A stretch of DNA of 64,000 bases from Felis catus (Eukaryota). The stretch spans positions 127,660,001 through 127,724,000 of the forward strand of contig NC_058368.1 of assembly GCF_018350175.1 (NCBI RefSeq), read 5' to 3'. This document shows positions 51,391 through 64,000 of this stretch, piece by piece; position 1 is the first letter of the stretch, and every line of letters begins with the position of its first letter. A program made the position numbers and the translations under genes. Under the pieces are notes generated by a model that did no database searches, was not told where the DNA came from, and saw only the letters and a program-made list of their open reading frames with translations.

Positions 51391-53440
51391 CCACATCTAA
51401 AAGTTCATCATTTATTGAGAACCTATATTAACCACACACTGAATAATATCCTCACGTACTTAATGGGGGAGACAGATATAAAACTGCAATTGGCAGCTGC
51501 TAGAGTAAAGATATACACAAAATGCAACGTGAAAGCCCAGAAGAGAAAAATATTCCTCTGCTTCTAAGACTATCCACACAAGTAGTAACATAGGTAAGTT
51601 TGACATGATATTCATAAGTTTTCCAAACAGATAGGAGGGGATGGGATAGGGCATAGGGAAAACAGTCTAGGAGGAAGAAACAGCTTCAAAAATAAAGAGG
51701 TGTGAAAAGGCACAGAGAGTTCATCACATGGCAAGAAGTTAGTGTGGTGATTTCATGGGATTTATGAAATAGGATGGATAGGAAGACTTTCTGTGAGGTA
51801 GATAAACTGGGCTAGCATTTTGAAGAGTCAGACTAAGAAATCTAGATTTTATCTTGCAGGTGAAAATGAATCACCCAAGGATTTCAGACAAGAGGATGAT
51901 GAGACTGGGTGGTCTGGAGTATAAAACAGACTGGAGTCAGGAGACATTGAAAGCTTAAGGGACAGATGATAAGCACTTGATTAGGGAAGTAGCAATTGAA
52001 AAATGTAAGAAATATTTCTGAGGTAGAATAAAAACATCTTGGTTGATTCTGAGATCTGAGAGTTTAGGGAAGGAAGAATACAAGGATACCACTCACTTGA
52101 GACTACTAGAGGAATGGTGATACCACACACTGACATAGATCGAACTAAAAATGCTTACTCTGAAGGCAAAACATAACTTATTTTTCATTTGATCACCAAG
52201 GGTATCAAGACGATCACAGTGATGGTGGTATATGTGTGTATGGGATCAAGTCAATTTAGTTGATGAGTTTTAAAAAATAACGTGAAATGCCCTCTTCTTT
52301 GGGAAAAATTAGATTTCCTATTTTTAAATGTAGAAAAATGTTCCTCCAAGTAAAAATAACCACAACATCTTTTGAAATATAATACAGTGCTATTTGGTAT
52401 AATCCCTTAGCAACATTCCTGCTATGAGCCAGGACTAGCATTGAAGTTATAGACTCACATATTGTATATTTTTAAACATGGATATGGATAATAAGCTGTG
52501 AGAGGGACAAAATTTTACTCACGTTAGACTTCAGAGCTTTTGAATAACTACCAAAAGTTGTGACCAGGGGTTACCCTTTTAAATTATTACTCTATGTGAT
52601 GTTTAAGAACACTTCCCAAGATGCTCTTTCAAACCCACCTTAATAGTTAGCAGATAAAAATTAGTGACCAATTCATCATTATGTGTGTGTGTGTAAGTGC
52701 ATGTATGAATGTATCCAATTTGGAAAGTGAAAAATGTTTTGTTTTCTGAAGTTGTTTCTCTTGCCAATTTGGAGATCCCATTAAGTCTAGAACTACCAAA
52801 TATTTCCTAATATTTGGTAATATTAGGAAATGTGAAAGATAACAATTTTGCTATTCTTTTTTGTTGATTATGTAAACTTAATGTCTTCACTTATTAAAAT
52901 TTAAAGGTGGCAACCTTATGTCAGTTACCCAATATTAAAAAAAAAAAAATTACTGTTTCTTAAAATCCAAAGTCTTAGATTCACTGATGTAGTCAGTTTA
53001 AATAACCAATTTTTCAGTCATTAACTTTGGTAATGTGAAACTAAAATTTTGCGTCATGAACTTAGATCACCATTAATTTTTTAATGAAGAAAAAAATTCC
53101 CAAAAACCTTTAACAAAATTAATAGAAACAATGGAAAAATATCTTTTATAATCCAGAATAGAAAAGCAAAAACCTGATTTTTAGCATTTAAGTACTGCAA
53201 TATAATATTTCCTTTTATTTAATATATTAATGTATTTAAAAGGCTATTGTCAAATAGATATTTCACATTCTGCATGGATTTTTTATTGAACATAATCATA
53301 GTCTTTATCTCTTTTTTATGAAATAATTTAATCAAACATTACCTTCTTGATATTTACATCTATGTCATCTAGAATATTTTCATTATACTCAAGGAATCAT
53401 CTGTACTATATGAATTTCCAACCTTTTTCTTCTTTAAGAA

Positions 53441-53530
53441 ATTTTTTTAAGTAATCTCTACATCCAACTTGGGGCTCAAACTCACAATCCTGAGATGAGG
53501 CACCTACTGACTAAACCAGGCAGGTGCCCC
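53441..53530 (-). mobile_element. Short Can-SINE
   Basis: taagtaatctctacatccaacttggggctcaaactcacaatcctgagat...ccaggcaggtgcccc. Confidence 0.82.
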
Positions 53531-53544
53531 TTGACTTTCCAACT

Positions 53545-54465
53545 TTGTTTTTTTTTCAATTTATTTAAACTAAGAACAAAAAACCAGTTCACCCATTTCT
53601 CTAATCCCAATCCCACCTCTGTCAACCACCATGTTTTTTGCATGTGTGAGCTTCATTTTTGTTTTATTTTAAATTCCAAATATAAGATAGATAATATTTG
53701 TCTTTCTCTGACTTATTTCACTTAGTATAACGCCCTCAAGGCCTATTTATGTCGCAAATAGCAAGATTTCATTCTTTTCTATGGTTGAATAGTATTCCAT
53801 TATATCTATATACATCACAATTTTCTTATCCATTCATCTATCAGTGGACACTCAGTTTATTTCTCTATCTTGGCTATCGTAAATAATGCTGCAATGAATA
53901 CAGGAATGCATATATCTCTTTGAATTGGTATTTTCATTTTCTTTGGATAAATACCCAGAAATAGAAGCCTAGATCACATGGTAGTTCTATATTTAATTTA
54001 TTAAGAATTGGGGCGCCTGGGTGGCGCAGTCGGTTAAGCGTCCGACTTCAGCCAGGTCACGATCTCGCGGTCCGTGAGTTCGAGCCCCGCGTCAGGCTCT
54101 GGGCTGATGGCTCAGAGCCTGGAGCCTGTTTCCGATTCTGTGTCTCCCTCTCTCTCTGCCCCTCCCCCGTTCATGCTCTGTCTCTCTCTGTCCCAAAAAT
54201 AAATAAACGTTGAAAAAAAAATTAAAAAAAAAAAAGAATCAAATGGCAGTTCTACATTTAGTTTATTCAGAAAGCTCCATATTGTCTTCTATAGTGGCTA
54301 CACCAATTTACATTCCCACCAGTGTATAAGGGTTCCCTTTTCTCCACATCTGCTCCAATACTTGTTATTTCTTCTCTTTTTGATAAAAGCCAATCGGACA
54401 GGTGTGAGGTGAAATCTCATTGTGGCTTCTATTTGCTTTTCCTTGATGATTAATGATGTTGACCA
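53545..54465 (-). mobile_element. L1 (L1MA/carnivore) 3' region interrupted by a young SINE
   Basis: tctgacttatttcacttag, ttggctatcgtaaataatgctgcaatgaa, ccaatttacattcccacca, caggtgtgaggtgaaatctcattgtgg. Confidence 0.9.
54010..54233 (+). mobile_element. Can-SINE (very young)
   Basis: Near-consensus body with CpGs intact and a long A tail. Confidence 0.97.
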
Positions 54466-54504
54466 TTTTGTTATTGAGAATATATATTGTTATTGCAGAT
54501 TTAA

Positions 54505-54702
54505 CTTTTATTTACTTCTGAGATACAGAGAAAGACAGAGGACAAGCGGGGGAGGGGCAGAGAAAGGGAGACACAATCTGAAGCAGGCTCTAGGCTCTGA
54601 GCTATCAGCACAGAGACCGAAGTGGGGCTCGAACCCATGTTGGTGAGATCATGACCTGAGCCGAAGTCGGATGCTTAACCGACGGAGCCATTCAGTTGCC
54701 CC
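54505..54702 (-). mobile_element. Can-SINE
   Basis: TSD tgtta(t/c)tgcagattta. Confidence 0.93.
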
Positions 54703-54879
54703 ATGTTACTGCAGATTTAGAAAAGCACATTACTGATGAAAATGTTTTGTTGTGTAAAAAGAAGTCAAAGAAATAACTAAATACTTTATCAGTTCAGTTA
54801 AGCAATTATTACACTTTGAAGAACTAAAGTTCAAGTGATTAAATTTATATATATATATATAAATAAATTTAAATATTTA

Positions 54880-55079
54880 TTTAAGTTTATGTATTTATTT
54901 TGAGACAGGGCATGAGTGGGGGGAGGGGCAGAGAACGAGGGGTAGAAAGAGAATCCGAGGCAGGCTCCTCAATGTCAGTGCAGAGACCAATGCAGGACTC
55001 GAACTCACAAACTGTGTGATCATGACCTGAACTGAAACCAAGAGTTGGACACTTAACTGACTGAGCCACCCAGGCGCCC
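54880..55079 (-). mobile_element. Can-SINE
   Basis: Reverse body ending cccaggcgccc. Confidence 0.93.
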
Positions 55080-55270
55080 ATGATATATATATCATATATA
55101 CATATATATACATATATATACATATATATACATATATATACATATATATACATATATATATATGATATATATATCATATATGGCTTATATGGTTTATATG
55201 GTTTATATATGATAATGTATATGGTTTATATATGATAATGTATATGGTTTATATATGATATATATATGGG
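55080..55270. repeat. AT-rich (CATATATATA)n and related minisatellite
   Basis: Directly visible. Confidence 0.93.
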
Positions 55271-56159
55271 TTTTTTATATTTCATTTGGTTTTCTTGGTA
55301 ACATTGAGATTCAATCCTCATAATTTTATTATGCCAAATTTTTTAAGTTAAGATTAAAAAGTCAGTCTATCTTCTTAGATGTAACTTAATACAAAATTTA
55401 TTTAACATACCTATGTTTTCCACAGAGTCAAAATAACTCATCACAAAATATCTGAGGATTGCCTCCTTCCTATTTCATAAACTTCCTCATTAAACCAAGA
55501 ACAGCTCTTTTTCATTGCTTCAGGTACTCTAATTTTCAAAATTTCAGTCAAGACAATAAAAGGATCTGAAAATGCTGGTATACATGCTAAAAATAGCCTT
55601 TTAAAGGACATCTTTTTCTTGGTAGTGCATAGGGAATCACTCATCCATCCATCCATGAGGCATTTTCAGAGACATTAACTTGACAGACAACTTAAGCCCT
55701 CCATGTGAATGATGGCTCATGCACACATGAACACACACACACACAATTTGCACATGTCTCACACTTTGGTCCCTTTTAGAAGATCATTGGAAACAACAAG
55801 AAGTGCTCTGATTAGTTTTAATTCTCTGAACACTGTTTCATATTTATTATTGTATTATATGAAATATACAAAGTCGACAAATACACTAGTTTGCCTCTAT
55901 TATGATAATTAATGCCAGTGTAACAGCCAGGATTTCAAAAGTTAAAAATAAAAGTTAAAATTTCTCATTACTTCCAGAGCCTATGCAGTTTTTTTTTAAA
56001 AAAGAGGATTTAAACCATATCTCATTTTTTGTTTATTTGGACTTTATGTCCTGTGGTATCAATCAATATTAACTTCATGTTCGGTTTTATATATTTCTTG
56101 ATGCTGTCAACATGCCCAGGTTCTGCGCACATTTATTTTTGGAGCACCCACTGTCTTTG

Positions 56160-56350
56160 CTGAGGCAGGAGACCTGGGTTTCAGTCTTAGCTCTGGCACT
56201 CATAGTCAATGTGCTACTGAACAAGTTACTCATATCCTCTAGAGCTCAATGTTCTTATCTATAAAATGGAGATAATATCATTTCATTTCAGTACCATCAA
56301 TAGGTTTGAGTAAGTTAATAAATGTGATTTTTTGATAATTTTAAAGCATT
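56160..56350 (+). mobile_element. MIR
   Basis: gacctgggtttcagtcttagctctggcact...caagttactcat...cttatctataaaatggagataata. Confidence 0.75.
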
Positions 56351-58384
56351 GCTACCCTTGTCTTTTAAGAATAAAATTAATATCCATGTCCCTCTTAAAA
56401 AGTACATTTATTTGCAAAGGAACTTCTAATAAGGAAAAGTTTGACATGCAATGCATGAGTGTTTGGGAAATACCTAAGTGATATAAAGAACTGTAAGTCT
56501 AATAATTCTTAAATAGAATGACAATGATTTATCAGATGAGCTACAGTGGAAGCTATGGGTAAATATTACATAACTTTAGGTTTCTTTGAACCATTCAATT
56601 AAATTTCAAAGAGAAAAATAATTAGTGTAGAGAGGACAGCAAACAATAAATTCAAATCAGTGATGCAATACCTCTACTCCAATTAGCTTATTCTCCCTCT
56701 CCATCCTCTCAGACATATTCTATTTTATCAAAAAATGAATTTAATTAAGAGACTCTACAAAGTCAATCAACCTACAGATTAATCAAGAACCCTTGTTCTT
56801 ATTCCATATTTGTTAAAGCCCCAGTCTCACAAATTTTAACAGGTCAAATATTCAAAGTGCCATGTTTGCCTTATTCCACCACCGGGGACCCACATACCTA
56901 GTGCTCAACACAAGTGGAAGACATTCACTTTTTCAAACAAAGGGTAACACAGCATGTGGGTTTTAGCACTTTGAGGTGTAAAATGAAACTTGCATATTAA
57001 TTTATGAATGTTTGCAAATCACACCAATCTTTAAAGTTTAAATTGAACCAAGCTGTGATTATTAACCATAATTCTCTTTATTTTTATCTAACAGGTATAA
57101 GGACATCAGCATGAAAAAATGTCCACTGCCTGAGTGTGAGGAAGGCAAAGGGTATGAGGAGAATGTGGGCACATCAGGGTTGGGATATTCTATTTGGCTG
57201 GATTTCCTTTGACCATAGTGTACACAAGACACAGAGACATGCTTATAAAAAAAGAAAGAGATTGGGGGGGGGGGGAGGAGGGAGCAAAGAAGGAAGAGGA
57301 AGAAGAGAAAGACAGACATTTAAACACTATTAATATTTTTTGAGAAACCCAACCTACTGTCACTAACAATTAGACAAAAATCCCAGCCTCAGGTTTTCCT
57401 GTTTCTGCACCCCAACCTGATTTACAATTTACAATAACCCATCAGCCAGATGTATGGCTTGGATGCGTATTCTATCAATGCCTGCCCACATTTGAGGTTG
57501 GATGATGACAGCTCTACTTTGCCAGCATCTCCTGAAGCCTTATTTGTGTGCATCTGTGTGGGGCAGGGGATTCCTGCCTTGGAGGGCCTGGAATAAGGAA
57601 GAAAGGATCTGTTGCTGGGTTGCAGGGAGAGGGCCCAACTTCCACCTCCATACCTGACTTAAGAATCTGAGCTGACTTCTCAAAGCAGCTATAATTGGTT
57701 CTTTACACTACTCAGTTCCTTGGAAAAGGAGCAGTTGGCTTCTATTAAAACTCTGGGTGATATGCAGCCTCCTTGCCCTCTCTTCCGGAGCACTTTACAT
57801 TAAGGGGAAATCACTGTAATCAAATCTCTGCATCTTTCCTGCTGCTAAATAAAACGAGGTACTTTCTTCCTGGGATTCTGCAAAGACAACTGGATGGATA
57901 CACATACAGCCTGCACACACCACATACCGACACAGTGTAACTCCCACAGAGTCCTCAGCTCCCTCCTTCCATCCCTCACTCATCCCTCTCCTGAGGATTG
58001 CTGAACATTTTGCTCCAAACTCTCCAAGTCACCCACGTGTTTGTTCTCCCGTTTAGCTGTTCAATTTACTTCCCAACTTGACAAAGAGAAAGGGAGTTGG
58101 TCTCAGCCTTTTAGCTGCAATCCTGGGACCAAGCTGTCTCACCCATTCCTAGTCACCATCAGATCTGCCCCACCAACCCCCCTCACTCTGGGGGGAGTCG
58201 GCTGACTACTGAGAATCTCCCTGGCTCAACACCCCACTCCTTTCCTTCACTCTTCCTGTACTGCACCCAAGCAAACTGAATTCTTCCTGTTAAGTCCCAC
58301 TTGCTGGGGTGGGACTGAAGTGGGTGGGGAGGGGGTGGTGGGTGGTATAGACAACTGGAAATCTTTCATTCTCTCCCTCTCTGT

Positions 58385-58387
<3 letters not shown>

Positions 58388-58462
<75 letters not shown>
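58388..58462. repeat. Compound (CT)n(CA)n microsatellite
   Basis: Directly visible, about 230 bp into the PDE4D4 intron. Confidence 0.97.
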
Positions 58463-58464
<2 letters not shown>

Positions 58465-58686
58465 CACACAACCATTTATACTGTACTTTCAGGATCTCTT
58501 ACACACACCTGAATCCTGACCCTCTCAAGCAAGGACAGACACGCCCCTGCTTTCCCTCCCTCAATTCCTGGAATAGAATTTAGCCCTGGGTCCTGGATTG
58601 CTAGTGATCAATAGAGCAACGAGGAGAATCTGGTAACTGGGGAGGTGACCCTGTGCCTGAATGGGGGAGGGGGCGCTCTCCACTCA

Positions 58687-59148
<462 letters not shown>

Positions 59149-59211
59149 TCACAGCTCTGCTCCCTGCTGCCCAGCCGGTTTCACCGCGCTGGCCGGAGCG
59201 CCTCCCGGATA

Positions 59212-59253
59212 CTGCTGCCGCTGCTGCTGCTGCCGCCGCCGCCGCCGCCGCCG
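59212..59253 (-). repeat. Compound trinucleotide repeat (CGG)7(CAG)4 CGG (CAG)2 upstream of the PDE4D4 ATG
   Basis: Plus strand reads (CTG)2 CCG (CTG)4 (CCG)7. Confidence 0.95.
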
Positions 59254-61584
59254 CTTCTGGAGCTGAACAGAGGCTGGGCTCAGCTTCTCACTTGAAGCCT
59301 CCAGAGGCTCAGGCCGACCGAAAGGGGGCTCTGCCAGCGGGAGGGGTCACAGAACGTGACAGGGCTCCCTCCACAGTGGTTGTGGTAGAGACACGCTCCT
59401 GGGCTCCCCAGTTCACCAAGACTAGGGCGCACGGTGCGCTGCTTCACTAACAGTCAGTCCCTCCTTCCTCCCTTTCTTCTTTCCTTCCTTTCGGCGCCTG
59501 CGGCGAAAGCAGGAATTGTTAGCTCCAGACGCAGAAAAAGCAGCGGTGGTAGTGAGAGCAGCCTAGTCGGTCCAGAGCGCCTGAACCCTGAGACCGGAGC
59601 AGCTGAAAAGTTGGACAGCTCCTGACTGGTGAGCCGGGGCTGCGACTTTCTCCAAAACCACCTCAGCCAGTCAGAAGTCAGACCTGTCCTCCTGATCCTT
59701 CCCCTCCCTGTGCCCACGCCTCCCTCCCCTACTGCCCCCCACTGCCCCTGAGCTTTCCTCTGCACCTCCTCTTGCTTCAGCCTTCTTTGAGAAATGGAGT
59801 TTGGTGTTTCCTGGCTGATTCACAGAGCTTGTTGACGAGGAGCCCCATGCTGGGGATTCCAAAGATAAGGGATGTGACCTGGCAAAGTTGCCCAGAATGG
59901 TTTTTGTGCAGGTTGCTGAAAATTTGTATCTGGGCGAAGACCCAATATTAGGATTATTTCAGCCTCTTTCCTTGACACAGAATTAAATATTATGTGGATC
60001 TTTCCCATAGTAGGGAGAATGTCCAATGTTTCCTCTTGAAGATCTTCCTCCAGCTAGTATATGATGTGGCTGCTGCTTCTGTGATTAAGGTACCCAGGAG
60101 TGGTCCTGGCTGGAAATCAAGGCAAGTAGTTGCCAAGGCTGTGATAGCTGGCCAGAGTTAAGTTTGATGTACCTTTTCCATTACAAACCTCTGTTTATCT
60201 TCAGGGGTTTCTACTGTCAGTGCCAGCTTGCGATTTTGTATTTCTGCCACTTCCAGTAGGCGAATGCCACTCTATTACTAAAGCATTTTAAAACATGTAT
60301 CACTATTCCCCCAAAGAAATCAGAGTAATATTTGACACTAAAATCCAAATTCAATTTTTATTTGTCTTCCTTTATTTAGTATTTTCCTACAAGGTTGGCT
60401 TTTTTCAGGAGCCAAGAGGATTTCAGAGCAATATATGTACAACATATTTTTCTTGTACTTTTTTTTGTATTACTGTATTACTTAAAGATCAAATGCTAAA
60501 ATAATTTTAGAGTTAAACTTTATGGAAGCTACCACTGTACATTTATTATTTGAAATCTTAGTTAAGACTTACAATGGCTTGTTGGAAGTGTAATTATTCT
60601 ATTTTCTGTACACAGTCAATTTTGACACACTTGAATATGTATGTTTTATGCATATCATATAATGAATACTAAAGCTACCAGAATCAGGAACCATCTCTCA
60701 GACTGTCCAGAGTGCTGGAAATCCAATGTTCTCCATATAGTGGATGCTCAGTATACAAGTCATTGATGAAACACCATCAATGGAAATAAATGCTCACTTT
60801 GCTCACTGTTTCCTTCTCTAAGTGGGAGCAATTAAATTTAATGCTGTGCAAAAATGCTGTTTGGTATTTCTTCATGGGTTTCTTTCTTCCTCTTCCTTCT
60901 CTCCTCCTCCTCCTCTTCTTTCTTCTTCTTCTTCTCCTTCTTCATGGTAGGAAATGTCTCCTCCAACATTTAAGTATCAGCACTCTGTCCATATGTGGCC
61001 CATGTACAAAGTCTGAGAAAGGCTATGTTTCAAGAGCAACAAGGCAGCCCCCCTACTTTCCTCTATGTAGGACTGAAAACATACTTGACTAAGGCATTCT
61101 CTCTCCCCTTTACAGATGCAAGTGGGACTAATGGCAGTGTCCAAAGAATGCCTAGGAAGGCATCAAGCTGGTATCTTTCCAAACAAGAAAGGAAATAAAA
61201 GGAAGTATTATGCAGTATAAACCAGTTTTTTTTTCAATTCACTGCATTATTAATAGTTGGAACCATTTCAAAGAAGTATACAAATTTCTTTTTTCCTCTG
61301 AAATTGTTGCCACTTTTCTGCTCAATAGAGCTATGTCAGAATATCTATCTGAAACTCTTATTCTTGCTTCTCAAACAGTAACAATACAGTTTGTGATCTT
61401 CTTTCCAGAATAAATGGAATCATTTAAACCTAACCTAACCTGCTTCTCACTATTAGTTTTCTTCTTTCTTTCAATTAATGAACAATTTCTTCTTCCTGTA
61501 TTCTCAATTAATTTTTAATGATTCTTTTGTTTTTACTATATAATTACAAGTCAGGTATATTTTTAAATATAAGCAAAATCATTT

Positions 61585-62725
61585 ACCAAACTGAAGAGCT
61601 TTTGAACAACAAAAGAAACCATCGATAAAAGGATATGGCAATCTACTGAATAGGAGAAGATATTTACAAATCATACATCCGATAAGGGTTTAATGTCCAA
61701 AATATATAAAGAACTCACACAATTTAATATCAAAATAACATAGAACCCAATTTAAAAATGGGCAGAGAATTTGAATATAATTTTTTCCAAAAAAAAAAGA
61801 CATACAGATGTCCTACAGGTACATTAAAAGGTACTCAAAATCACTAATCATCAGCAAAATGAAAATCAAAACCACAACGAGCTATCACTCACACCTGTCA
61901 AATTGGCTATTACCAGAAAGATAAGAAACAACAAATGTTGGTGAGGACTCAGAGAAAAAGGAATCCTCATATACTGTTGGTGGGAATGTAAATTGGTGCA
62001 GTCGTCATGGCAAACAGTACAGAGGTTACTCAAAGAAACTTAAAAATTAGAACTACCATATGATCCAGAAATTCTACTTCTGGGTATTTATCCAAAGACA
62101 ATGAAAACACCAATTTGAATAGATACATGCACTCCTATGTTTATTACAGTATTAGTTACAACAGCTAAGATATTGAAGCAATATAATTGTCTACTGATAG
62201 ATGTATATGCACACCATGTATATATGTATATGTACACACATGCACACACAATGGAATATAATTCAGTCATTGAAAAAAAAAGAAGGAAATTCTGCCAGTT
62301 GAGATAGCATCGGTGGACCTCAAGGGCATTATACTAAGTGAAATAAGTCAGGGAAAGCTAAATATCATATAATTTCTTATGTGTGAAATCAAAACAAATG
62401 AACAAACCAAACATAAATACACTCATACATACAGGATGCAAACTGTTGGTTACAAGAGTGGGGAAAGAGTTGGTTACAAGAGGGGGTAGGTGAAATAGGT
62501 GAAGACAATTAGGAGGTACAAACTACCAGTTATAAAAAAAATCATGGGGATTTTATGTATAGCATAGAGAATATAGTCAATAATATTGTAATAACTTTGT
62601 AAGGTGTCTAGACTTAAGGTGGGGATCATTTCATAATATACAAAACTATCAAACCACTATAACGTATACTTGAAACTAAAAGGATACTGTATGTGAATTA
62701 CACTTCAATAAGAAATTAAAAAGAA
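61585..62725 (+). mobile_element. L1 (L1MA-like) ORF2 end and 3' UTR, degenerate
   Basis: aaaatgggcagagaatttgaat, aaatcaaaaccacaa, actgttggtgggaatgtaaattggtgcag, agcatagagaatatagtcaataatattgtaataact. Confidence 0.9.
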
Positions 62726-62809
62726 AATCATGTAAGTACCTTCTAACATGTTCCCAATTTGAGAGTTTTCAACTTCTCTTATAGTTCCAAAAAGTTACTT
62801 ATTGAAGTA

Positions 62810-63010
62810 GTTTATTGCATGACCTTTGAGGTAAGACTGTTGGGTTCCAATCCACCACTTCCTAGTCATGTGACCTTAGCTAAATTACTTACCTCCATGT
62901 CAATTATATACAAAGTAGGATTATTACCTATCTCAAAAGGTCTTGTGATTATTTAATGAGATAATACTCAGCATAATGCCTTATACACAGTAACTATTCA
63001 ATAAAAGCTA
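62810..63010 (+). mobile_element. MIR
   Basis: gggttccaatccaccacttcctagtcatgtgaccttagctaaattactt. Confidence 0.7.
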
Positions 63011-63063
63011 CCAATTTTGGTTATTTCTGATAGAGTTGAAAGAATCCTAAGTTTGATTTTTCT

Positions 63064-63385
63064 CAGTGGTTTCCAACCTTGGCTGCATCTAAGGAGCATC
63101 ACCTTGAAGGGCTTTAAAAGTTTCCAATGTTAAACTGTAGACCAGTTATTTCTAACAGTGATGTTATCAGAATCACTTAGGAAACAAGTTATGAACACAA
63201 AAGCCCAAGCTCCTTGAAGCAGATAGAGCTTGGGGCTTTATACATTTACCAATTCGTCAGGCGATTCTGAAAACAGCCAAAATTTAAAAACCATTGCCAC
63301 ACCTAAATGAATGAAATCAGTATTTCCAGGGAGGGGACCCAGATGACACCATTTTTAAAAACTCCTTAGGTGACTTCAAGATATC
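63064..63385. mobile_element. Nested MER5-like hAT MITEs
   Basis: Outer start cagtggtttccaaccttggctgca; inner element ~63140-63297 ending aaaaccattg; the outer element resumes with aaatcagtatttccaggg. Confidence 0.6.
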
Positions 63386-63623
63386 AATAAATACCAACCC
63401 AGACCTATTCCCTCATTATATAGTTGTAAAAATACTTTAGTGTCTCTTGGTTGACTTGCTCCATGACTTAAATATTTTTTGGCAAAACTGGTTTAAGAGC
63501 TCAGATTTCATGGAAAATACACACTTTAGCTGTGACTCTTATTGTCTCTATGTTAAAAGAAAATCTTATACAGTTAAAAATTGAGACTTCTAACTTTCAC
63601 TTAAAAACCCTTTTCATCAATCT

Positions 63624-63822
63624 TTAATGTTTCTTTACTTATCTTTGAGAGAGAGAGCATGAGAAGGGGAGGAACAGAGAGAAAGAGGGAAACAGAATCC
63701 CAAACAGGTACAGTGCTGTCAGTGCAGAACCCCATGAGGAGCTCAAACTCACGAAAGTGGGATCATGACCTGAGCTGATATCAAGAGTCAGATGCTTAGC
63801 CAACTGAGCCACCCAGGTACTC
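63624..63822 (-). mobile_element. Can-SINE
   Basis: Reverse body; TSD tttcatcaatct. Confidence 0.92.
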
Positions 63823-64000
63823 CTCCTTTCATCAATCTAAGGGTTGCATATTCATAGTTAAAACAACCAAAAAAGGACATATTTAATGAGTACATCAATT
63901 TTCCACTCTTATATGTCAAATTATCCATTTTTCCCAAATATTGACCATAAATGTTGGAGTTTTACGGGTAAAATCAACGAGGGTTTCTAAAACTATTGCA

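Noticed and set aside
58665..58678. CTCF-like AGGGGGCGCT next to the donor
   Set aside because: Only the 3' half of the motif matches, within a GC-rich island; not supportable without ChIP data.

Overview
Mammalian genomic DNA from a carnivore, most likely a felid: about 29 Can-SINE copies of the cat (SINEC_Fc-like) type plus a cat-type L1 3' end. The only real coding sequence I can support is the proline/histidine-rich first coding exon of the long isoform PDE4D4 (minus strand, 59142-58688), lying in a CpG island. Everything at lower coordinates is its very long downstream intron, filled with SINEs, L1, L2, L3, MIR, MaLR LTRs, hAT elements and microsatellites. I see no convincing new biological system. 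The best leads are: (1) a candidate recursive-splicing site plus RS-exon, or a 6-nt microexon, at about 43.8-44.0 kb on the PDE4D strand; (2) a doubly truncated KLHL23-like retrocopy fragment at 13.3-13.6 kb with no poly(A) tail or TSD; (3) fold-back/template-switch scars; (4) a close tail-to-tail SINE pair; (5) a CGG/CAG repeat upstream of the PDE4D4 ATG; (6) an orphan CpG patch and a bZIP motif cluster. Repeat subfamily names and protein comparisons come from memory, not from database searches. Boundaries of old repeats are approximate.
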